Source: Planctomycetota bacterium
GTDB lineage: Bacteria > Planctomycetota > SZUA-567 > H5-PLA8
Length of the DNA stretch: 64,000 bases
Reading direction: 5' to 3'
Assembly (NCBI GenBank): GCA_038227875.1
Contig: JBBRPR010000009.1
Coordinates: 128,001 to 192,000 of the forward strand
Below, one piece after another: positions 56,904 through 64,000 of this stretch. The translations under genes and the position numbers were made by a program. The notes beneath the pieces are model-generated. The model ran no database searches. It saw nothing but the letters and a program-made list of their open reading frames with translations, and had not been told where the DNA came from. Position 1 is the stretch's first letter; each line of letters opens with the position of its first letter.

Positions 56904-56937
56904 AAAAAAACCCGAAGCTTTCGCTTCGGGCTTTCTT
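56904..56937 (-). terminator. Intrinsic terminator of pnp (possibly bidirectional)
   Basis: A7-CCCGAAGC-TTTC-GCTTCGGG-CTTTCTT. Confidence 0.85.
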
Positions 56938-56968
56938 GCATGAAAAACATTGCTAACGTCCGGCTGGC

Positions 56969-59176
56969 TTAGTTCCGGCGCGGAGGTCGTCCGCCGCCGC
57001 CACCACCCCGGCGTCCGCCGCCACCACCACCGCCACCGTGTCCGCCGCCGCCACCTTCACCACCGGGTGTCGGCTGCGCTTCGGTGCCCGGAGCGAGCAC
57101 GGCTTTGCGGGAGAGCTTCAGGCGGCCCAGGTCGTCGATGGCCAGCAGCTTCACTTCCATCTTGTCGCCGACCTTGCAGAACTCCTGCGGATTCTTGACG
57201 TAGGTCACGTCCAGTTCCGAGACGTGGCACATGCCGTCGGTGCCCGGCATGATCTCGAAGAACACGCCGAACTCCTTGATGTTGACCACTTCGCCCATGT
57301 AGATCTTGCCCACTTCGGCCGTTCCAGCGAGGCCTTCGATTTCGCGCTGGCAGGCTTCGGCATTGTCGCGCTTGGGGCTGGCCACGATCACGCTGCCGTC
57401 GTCTTTCACTTCGATCGTCACCTGGTACTTCTCTTCCAGCTGGCGGATCATCTTGCCGCCCGGTCCGATCAGCTTGCCGATCTTGTCGACGGCCACCTTC
57501 ATCTGCACGATCTTCGGCGCGTGCTGGCTGATGTTCGTGCGTGGTTCGGCCAGGACCTTCGCCATCTGATCGAGAATGTGGATGCGGCCATCCTTGGCCT
57601 GGGCCAAAGCGCGGCGCATCACTTCCGGCGGAATGCCCATGCTCTTCAAATCCATCTGCAGCGCGGTCACGCCATTGCGCGTGCCGGCCACCTTGAAGTC
57701 CATGTCACCGTAATGATCTTCGTCGCCGAGGATGTCGGAGACGATGCAGTATTCACCGTTCTCTTCCACCAATCCCATCGCGATGCCGGCCACCGGGGCC
57801 TTCATCGGGACGCCCGCGTCCAGCAGCGCCAGCGTGCCGCCGCAGACCGTGGCCATCGAGCTGGAACCGTTGGATTCCATGATTTCCGAGACGAGACGGA
57901 GCGTGTACGGGAAATTCACGAAGTCGGGAAGCATCGGCTTGATCGCGCGGCGCGCGAGGTGACCGTGTCCGATTTCGCGGCGGCCAGGTCCGCGCGGCAT
58001 CTTCACTTCGCCGACGCTGAAGCTCGGGAAGTTGTAATGCAGCATGAACTTGTCCGTGTATTCGCCGCGCAGCGATTCGATCGTCTGTTCGTCGCTGGTG
58101 GTGCCCATTGTGGCCACCACGATCGCCTGCGTTTCACCGCGGGTGAAGAGCGCCGAACCGTGAGCGCGGGGGAGCAGTCCGACTTCGCAGGAAATCGGGC
58201 GGATTTCGTTGCGCTTGCGGCCGTCGCAGCGGACGCCTTCGCGGATCAGCGTGCGGATCGCTTTTTCGTGGAGCGAATCGAACGCGGCTTTGACCACTTC
58301 CGCGCCCGGCTTGGAGGTGTCTTCCGGAGTCTTGCGCGCGTACTTCTCGATCAACTCCGCCCGGAGCTGCTTGAGGGCGTCGCGCCGGCCGAATTTCGTC
58401 GGCGTCAACGCGGCGCGCTTGCCGGCTTCGAGGTGCTCGCTGACGATCACGGCGACCAGCGGATGCGATTCGGGCGACTGGAACGGATCCTTCTTCGGCT
58501 GCACCTTCGCAACCAGTTCTTCCTGCATCGAAACGATTTCCTTGATCGCCGCGTGGCCGAATTCAATCGCGTTGATCATCGCTTCTTCGTCGAGTTCCTG
58601 GGCACCGGCTTCGACCATGAGCACGGCCGACTTGCTACCGGCGATGGTCAGTTCCAGCGCGCTCTTTTCCAGTTCCGTGTGCGAGGGGTTGAGCTTGAAC
58701 TGTCCGTCAACGTAGCCGACGCGGACGGCGCCCATCGGTCCCTGGAAGGGGAGATTGGAGACAGCCAGGGCCGCGGAGGACGCGATCATGGCGAGAATAT
58801 CCGGATCGACATCGGGCTCGGCCGAAAGAACCAGACACTGGATCAGCACGTCGCGGACGTAGCCGGTGGGCCAGAGCGGACGGATGGGCCGGTCGATCAG
58901 GCGCATCGTCAGCGTTTCCTTGTCGGAGGGCTTGCCTTCGCGCTTCATGAACCGGCCGCCGAAGATCATGCCGGAGGCGTAACCTTTTTCGCGGTAGTCG
59001 ACGGTGAGCGGAAAGAAGTCGGTCCCCGCCTTGACGTCCTGGTCGGTGACCGCGGCGAAGACCATGGTTTCACCCACGGTGACGACGGCCGCGCCGCCTG
59101 CCTGCTTGGCAATCTTGCCAGTTTCGATTTTCAGTGTCCTGCCGCCGATTTGGCGTTCGACAATGACGTGAGCCAC
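56969..59176 (-). CDS. pnp: Polyribonucleotide nucleotidyltransferase (PNPase)
   Basis: ETGKIAKQA, FFPLTVDY, RLIDRPIRP, HGSALFTRGETQ, GRREIGHG, SNGSSSMA, GDMDFKVAG, KH and S1 domains; GTG after SD AAGGAG. Confidence 0.97.
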   Translation of the reverse strand: MAHVIVERQIGGRTLKIETGKIAKQAGGAAVVTVGETMVFAAVTDQDVKAGTDFFPLTVDYREKGYASGMIFGGRFMKREGKPSDKETLTMRLIDRPIRPLWPTGYVRDVLIQCLVLSAEPDVDPDILAMIASSAALAVSNLPFQGPMGAVRVGYVDGQFKLNPSHTELEKSALELTIAGSKSAVLMVEAGAQELDEEAMINAIEFGHAAIKEIVSMQEELVAKVQPKKDPFQSPESHPLVAVIVSEHLEAGKRAALTPTKFGRRDALKQLRAELIEKYARKTPEDTSKPGAEVVKAAFDSLHEKAIRTLIREGVRCDGRKRNEIRPISCEVGLLPRAHGSALFTRGETQAIVVATMGTTSDEQTIESLRGEYTDKFMLHYNFPSFSVGEVKMPRGPGRREIGHGHLARRAIKPMLPDFVNFPYTLRLVSEIMESNGSSSMATVCGGTLALLDAGVPMKAPVAGIAMGLVEENGEYCIVSDILGDEDHYGDMDFKVAGTRNGVTALQMDLKSMGIPPEVMRRALAQAKDGRIHILDQMAKVLAEPRTNISQHAPKIVQMKVAVDKIGKLIGPGGKMIRQLEEKYQVTIEVKDDGSVIVASPKRDNAEACQREIEGLAGTAEVGKIYMGEVVNIKEFGVFFEIMPGTDGMCHVSELDVTYVKNPQEFCKVGDKMEVKLLAIDDLGRLKLSRKAVLAPGTEAQPTPGGEGGGGGHGGGGGGGGRRGGGGGGRPPRRN

Positions 59177-59351
59177 GTGCGTTTCTCCTTAAACGATTCG
59201 GGATATGAGATTCGTGGTCTGGCGGAAGCGTCGAGCTGTCCCGAAACGATTACATCCGGCCCGAGTTGCGCGGAGGCCGGATGAAAGTAATCGAAACAAA
59301 ATCGGGAGGAGCAGGTACTTCTGGCAATCCAAAATCTATTCCAAAATCAGA

Positions 59352-59621
59352 TTACTTGCGGAGTCCGAGGCGCTCGATGAGGGTCTTATAGCGCTCGACA
59401 TCCCTGTCACGCAGGTAGGTCAGTAGGCGGTTGCGTCGCGCGACCATTTTGGTCAGGCCGAGACGGGAATGGTTGTCCTTGGGATGAGTCTTCAAATGGC
59501 CGGTCATGGAGACGATCCGCTCCGTCAACAGCGCCACCTGAACCTCGGTGCTTCCCGAATCTTTCGGGCTGGTCCGATAGCTGGTAAGAAGTTCTGTCCG
59601 ACGGGCCGGCGTCATAACCAT
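59352..59621 (-). CDS. rpsO: 30S ribosomal protein S15
   Basis: DSGSTEVQVALLT.RI....HL..HPKD.HSR.GL...V.RR.RLL.YL, LGLRK; conserved rpsO-pnp order. Confidence 0.97.
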   Translation of the reverse strand: MVMTPARRTELLTSYRTSPKDSGSTEVQVALLTERIVSMTGHLKTHPKDNHSRLGLTKMVARRNRLLTYLRDRDVERYKTLIERLGLRK

Positions 59622-59914
59622 GACTGCTATTTCTCACTCCTTGGCATCATTTCCGTCCCAGTGCGTTTCGCGCCCGGGCGTACTGTTTGTCCTGTCCATC
59701 TGGGCGCTCACCAATGAGCACCCGCGGCGCGCTTCCCCCTGTAAACGGCGCGCCCCATGCGTTTCCCTTGTTTACCGAGGGAGAACTTACTGAGTCGGGG
59801 AGCGATTGCAAGTCGCAATTCACAATCATGCTCACAGAAGCTTAAACTTTACGCGATTAGTGCTTCATTTCCACCCCGGCCCGCGCCGATGCCATAATAA
59901 GGGGGAATTTCGCC

Positions 59915-60532
59915 ATGAAACCATGGGCGTTCGTCGTCGCGTTGGTCATTATCGCCGGAGTCCTCTGTTTCTGCCGCGACAGTTCACGCGCCACGGAATC
60001 CGCAACTCCCGACTCCGATGCAGGAGAGGCTGAACTCGTGACCGCCTCCAGCCCCGCATATCAAGCGACGACCGATCCGTACATCGTCGTGCGCAAGGCC
60101 GATCGGCGGCTGGAACTGCATTCCGCGCACGCGCTGCTCGGCACGTACCGCATCGCGCTGGGAAATTCGCCGGCCGGATCGAAGGTCCGCGAAGGCGACG
60201 GCCGCACTCCCGAAGGCCGCTACTTCGTCTGCACGAAAAAATTCAACAGCAAGTACTACCGCTCGCTGGGCATCAGCTATCCGGGCTTGAACGACGCCGA
60301 ACGCGGACTGCGCGACAAGATGATCACACAGAAGGAATTCGACGACATCCGCGCCGCCATCGAAGACCGCGTCTGCCCGCCATGGAACACCGCGCTCGGC
60401 GGCGCCGTCTGCATTCACGGCAACGGCTCCGCGGCCGATTGGACGCTGGGCTGCATCGCGCTCGACAATGCCGACATGGATACGCTGTTCGAACGCGTGT
60501 CCGCGGGGACGGATGTGATTGTGATGCCGTAA
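59915..60532 (+). CDS. L,D-transpeptidase (YkuD) family protein, YafK/DpaA-like
   Basis: K.REGDGRTPEGRY, SLGISYP..D, LGGAVCIHG...WTLGCIAL; N-terminal anchor. Confidence 0.88.
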   Translation: MKPWAFVVALVIIAGVLCFCRDSSRATESATPDSDAGEAELVTASSPAYQATTDPYIVVRKADRRLELHSAHALLGTYRIALGNSPAGSKVREGDGRTPEGRYFVCTKKFNSKYYRSLGISYPGLNDAERGLRDKMITQKEFDDIRAAIEDRVCPPWNTALGGAVCIHGNGSAADWTLGCIALDNADMDTLFERVSAGTDVIVMP

Positions 60533-60624
60533 TTGTTTGAAGTTCGATCTACAATTTATACGTTGCTGATCTTTTATTCACACGCCCATCACGTAAAACC
60601 AATACGCCATCCCGGAGGAAAATC

Positions 60625-61344
60625 ATGATGAATCGATGGGGTATTCTCACGCTGCTTCTCGCGGTCTGCGCGTTTGGCGCTTGTGCGGCGGATAGCTTGA
60701 AGATCACGATCACCGGCGACACGCTGGCGATCAACGGCGGCGAAACGAAGCTCAACGCCGCGCACTGGGCCAGGCCTGAAGAGAGCTGGCGCACGGTCGG
60801 AGAACTCGCGAAGTCCGCGCTGCCGCCCGCCGAAGCCGATGGCCGCCGCCCGAACGTGACGCTGCTGGTGGAAGTCGACAACAAGGCCAGTTGGGGCGCG
60901 CTGAAGACCGTGCTGATCGCGTCGGCGAACCTCGGCATCGAAAAGGCACAGGTCACGGTGAAGGGCACCCCGGGCATGGCGCTCGCATTGCCCGGCGCCT
61001 ATGCCGGCAAGGACGACGTTCCATTTGCTCTGGCAGAGGGCCCCGCCTCGACGCTCGTCGCGGAATCCGGCGGCAAGAAAATTCCCTGCGATGTCACGTC
61101 GCTGACCGCATTCGTCAAACAGAATCCAAAAGCCGTGTTTCTCGTCACCGCTGCGACTTCACTTCCAGCGGGAAAGGTGGCCAGCGTCGTCACCGTGCTT
61201 CAGCAGCACCACGCCGCAGTGAACTTTCTTCAACTGAAAGCTGCCACCGCCGACGACGTGGCCAAGCGCAACGAAGCCAAGGAGGCCGTCGACAAGGCTC
61301 TCGACGGAGCCATCGGCGGCATGGGTGGCATGGGCGGTAAGTAA
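60625..61344 (+). CDS. Secreted protein with two ExbD/TolR-like periplasmic folds
   Basis: Signal peptide; VTLLVEVDNKASWGALKTVL.....GIEKAQV and VFLVTAATSLPAGKVASVV resemble the ExbD C-terminal domain. Confidence 0.55.
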   Translation: MMNRWGILTLLLAVCAFGACAADSLKITITGDTLAINGGETKLNAAHWARPEESWRTVGELAKSALPPAEADGRRPNVTLLVEVDNKASWGALKTVLIASANLGIEKAQVTVKGTPGMALALPGAYAGKDDVPFALAEGPASTLVAESGGKKIPCDVTSLTAFVKQNPKAVFLVTAATSLPAGKVASVVTVLQQHHAAVNFLQLKAATADDVAKRNEAKEAVDKALDGAIGGMGGMGGK

Positions 61345-61345
61345 G

Positions 61346-62653
61346 TTGCCACGATTTCTTCCGCTTTTAATTTTGCTCCTTTCCGCTCGCACGTTAATGG
61401 CGGAAGACACGCGGTCGTCGAATACATCGCCACAGCCCGCGCCGATCGAATCCGACACGGATTGGTGGCACGGGAGGTGGGCGGCCGGCGATTGGAACGG
61501 TCATCGCGCCGAGCTGGAGAAAAAAGGCGTCGTCTTCGAATTCACCTATACGGCTGAAGTGCGCAGCAACACTGCCGGCGGCATCAATACCAACCACGCC
61601 ACCGAGTACGTTCAGAACACCAACGCCTCGCTTGATTTTTTCACGGAGAAATTCGGACTGTATTCCGGCGGCGAATTTTTCATCCGCTACGAAGGCGTCG
61701 CGGGTTCCGGCATCTCGACGCACCATACCGGCGACAATCAACTGGTCAGCAACATCGACGCGCCGCCGTTCAATCAAATCAGCGAATTGTTTTATCGACA
61801 CAGCATCCTGGACGATACGCTGCACTTTAAAATCGGCAAGCAGGACGGAACTGGCGATTTTCTCACGCTGAAATACGCCACAGAGTTCAACAACTCGTCC
61901 TTTGGCTGCATTCCCACCGTTCCGATCCCGAAGTTTCACAATTATGCGTTGGGTGCGGTAGTCAGCTGCGACGCGACGGATTGGTTCACGTTTACAGCAG
62001 GTGTCTACGATGGCGATTCGACGGGCAAGACCACGGGTTTCGACACCGCCTTCGAGCACGCTTTTCATGAATACTCGATGCTGGAACTGACCTTCAAGCC
62101 CAAGCTCGCCGCCGATCTGCCCACGATCATTCACGTCGGCACGTGGCATCAACGTGTGGGTCTGCCGTTGCCGGGAAGCATGACAGCGCCCGGTTCCGGA
62201 CCGCCGCACACCGTGTTCCGCCATGACCTTGGCGCGTACGGTGAGTTCGAGCAATTGCTGTTCAACTTTGAAGAGAAGAAATCCAAGGACGCGACGAATT
62301 CTGAAAAGTCCGAGCCTGGAACCGAGCGCGGCATCGCCATCGTCGGCCAGGTGGGATGGAGTCCTGACGACCGCAACGAAACTCCGCGCTACTTCGGCGC
62401 GGGCGTGCGCGCCAAAGGGATCTTCGATGCGCGTCCTGCGGATGTCATCGGCGCCGGCATCGCCAGCGTGCTATTCGCGCCACGCGCGCGGCATCTGGAA
62501 GGCAAGAGCGAAGAATCGGCAATCGAATTCTTTTACAAGGTTCAGGCCAGCCAGTTCCTCTATTTCCAGCCTGATTTTCAATACGTCGTCAAGCCGGATG
62601 GAAATGAGCGCGATGCGGTGACGGCCGGAATTCGTTTTCAAGTTGTATTCTAA
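61346..62653 (+). CDS. Carbohydrate-selective porin, OprB family
   Basis: GDWNG.R..L...G, SNIDA, GKQD..F, RP.D..G.G, EFFY, QPDFQYV..P, C-terminal Phe; start uncertain. Confidence 0.88.
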   Translation: MPRFLPLLILLLSARTLMAEDTRSSNTSPQPAPIESDTDWWHGRWAAGDWNGHRAELEKKGVVFEFTYTAEVRSNTAGGINTNHATEYVQNTNASLDFFTEKFGLYSGGEFFIRYEGVAGSGISTHHTGDNQLVSNIDAPPFNQISELFYRHSILDDTLHFKIGKQDGTGDFLTLKYATEFNNSSFGCIPTVPIPKFHNYALGAVVSCDATDWFTFTAGVYDGDSTGKTTGFDTAFEHAFHEYSMLELTFKPKLAADLPTIIHVGTWHQRVGLPLPGSMTAPGSGPPHTVFRHDLGAYGEFEQLLFNFEEKKSKDATNSEKSEPGTERGIAIVGQVGWSPDDRNETPRYFGAGVRAKGIFDARPADVIGAGIASVLFAPRARHLEGKSEESAIEFFYKVQASQFLYFQPDFQYVVKPDGNERDAVTAGIRFQVVF

Positions 62654-62741
62654 CGCCGGAATTTTCAAAAATTCCCGACAGTGACTCCGCTTTGCATCGT
62701 TATCAATTCAGCTGCTCATTATAAGATGGAGACTCTTCCCT

Positions 62742-63893
62742 ATGACATTGCGCACGCTCTTGATGATTCTCGCGCTTCTGCCCAGCGCACGGGTGCTTGC
62801 CGCTGAACCCGAGAAGCCCGCAGAGCCGAAGTACGACTGGGGCGTCGCGTATTATCTTTCCTACGACAACAATCTCGCGCCCGCGATGCCGATCATTCTC
62901 AAGGCCATCCGCAGCGGTGTCACGGACAATGCCATTGCCGCCGTCCAGGTCGACATGCCCGGCCCCGGCGGCATGCAACGCGCCGCGCTGATTGGCGGTG
63001 AGGAATCCAAGGTCATCAAGCTCGCGTCCGACGATTCTTCCGACGAAGGCCAGGCCGTCGCGTATCTCGAATGGTTCGTGAAAACCTATCCGTGCAACCA
63101 TTACGCCTTCGTCTTCCTCGACCACGGCGGCGATCTCGACGAAATGTGCGCCGACCTCAATCCCGACACCGACGGCAAGATCTTCATGTCTGGTCGTGTG
63201 CTGGGTGAGAAACTCCGGACATTCAAAGCCACAAACAAGACAGCTCACGTCGATCTGCTCTTCTTCCAGCAGTGCGGTCGTGGTTCGCTCGAAAATCTCT
63301 ACAGCTTTCGCGGCATCGCCGACTACGTGCTGATCTCTCCGGTAAATGTTGGCGCGCCCAACTCGTATTACACGCCGCTCCACCAATGGTTGAGCACTCA
63401 CAAAGATGCGACCGGAAAAGACGTCGCCGCAAAAATCGCCGCCGAAGACACCGACTACAGCGTCTACACCTGCATCGACAGCGCGAAGCTCGACGACCTC
63501 CCGACGAAGCTCGATCTGGCCCTGAAGCCGATCCTGGCAGGGAACTCGCTCAAGCTTCCGACGCGCACGCCGGCCGTTTATTCGCATTCCGACACCAACG
63601 AGAGCACGCTCGACGTCAAGGCATACCTGGAGCAACTCGCCAAAGAGAACGACGGCGCGAAAGAAGTCGCCGCATTTCAGAAATGGATCGACGAGGAACT
63701 GATCGTGAAGCGCTACATCCAAAAGGATCACGCTGAATTGGAAAAGACGCACTGCGGCTTATCGCTCTTTGTTCCTGCGAATGCCGGCGAAGCCGTGAAG
63801 TACAAAGCGCTGGAGCTCTACAAGAAAAGCACGCTCAGCGAACTGTGGAAAAGAGCGTTTCCCGCCAGGACGGCCGAAGCCATACAGAAATAG
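62742..63893 (+). CDS. Clostripain-like cysteine peptidase (family C11)
   Basis: Signal peptide; YL..DNNL, YP..HY..V..DHGG (His), LLFFQQCG (Cys), GLSLF.P. Confidence 0.8.
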   Translation: MTLRTLLMILALLPSARVLAAEPEKPAEPKYDWGVAYYLSYDNNLAPAMPIILKAIRSGVTDNAIAAVQVDMPGPGGMQRAALIGGEESKVIKLASDDSSDEGQAVAYLEWFVKTYPCNHYAFVFLDHGGDLDEMCADLNPDTDGKIFMSGRVLGEKLRTFKATNKTAHVDLLFFQQCGRGSLENLYSFRGIADYVLISPVNVGAPNSYYTPLHQWLSTHKDATGKDVAAKIAAEDTDYSVYTCIDSAKLDDLPTKLDLALKPILAGNSLKLPTRTPAVYSHSDTNESTLDVKAYLEQLAKENDGAKEVAAFQKWIDEELIVKRYIQKDHAELEKTHCGLSLFVPANAGEAVKYKALELYKKSTLSELWKRAFPARTAEAIQK

Positions 63894-64000
63894 CGAAGTC
63901 GATCGTGTCGCTCTTTTCGCTTTGAGCCCAGTGATAAAATCCCGCCAGTGAGTCCCGCGCAGCGACTATTTTGAAAAAAATGTGTCTCCTTAAGTCCCGC

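Noticed and set aside
57038..59284. 748-aa plus-strand ORF (similarly 3664-5727, 27298-28956, 20652-22010, 8728-10320)
   Set aside because: Antisense shadows of clear genes (pnp, rnr, gyrA and others), expected with high-GC codon bias; no recognisable motifs.
1..64000. tRNA, rRNA, prophage or integrase
   Set aside because: No cloverleaf/T-loop signatures, rRNA-like tracts, phage structural genes or recombinases were recognised by eye; tRNAscan-SE and Infernal were not run.

Overview
A 64-kb, GC-rich, densely coding bacterial chromosome segment, most likely from the PVC superphylum and probably Planctomycetota. That placement is an inference from the Chlamydia/PVC-type GyrA QRDR '[12 protein letters not shown]', the ECF sigma factors with fused membrane-anchored extensions, the PQQ-like propeller protein and the Hanks-type kinase. 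Housekeeping genes (rnr, prc, gyrA, a Uup-like ABC-F, asnB, pnp, rpsO) are interleaved with accessory modules. I found no rRNA, tRNA, CRISPR array or prophage genes. The best candidate for an undescribed system is a translationally coupled four-gene operon (18701-21992, minus strand). It encodes an Mre11/SbcD-like nuclease placed inside a Rad50/SbcC-like ABC ATPase that is split into separate polypeptides: a Walker A/Q-loop/repeat-arm/zinc-hook gene, a small coiled-coil gene, and a signature/Walker B/H-loop gene. It lies directly downstream of a B-box/PspC/DUF4190/Ser-Thr kinase module. Other highlights are a small-molecule cluster (ECF sigma, ThiF adenylyltransferase, FeeM-type N-acyl amino acid synthase, DevBCA-like exporter), an XRE regulator fused to a catalytically degenerate class III cyclase domain, a membrane protein with a 123-residue Asp/Glu tract, a REP-associated Y1 transposase flanked by covarying ~120-bp inverted repeats, a one-base frameshift in an extended ECF gene, and several families of intergenic palindromes and heptamer repeats. 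All calls come from reading motifs by eye; no database searches were run.
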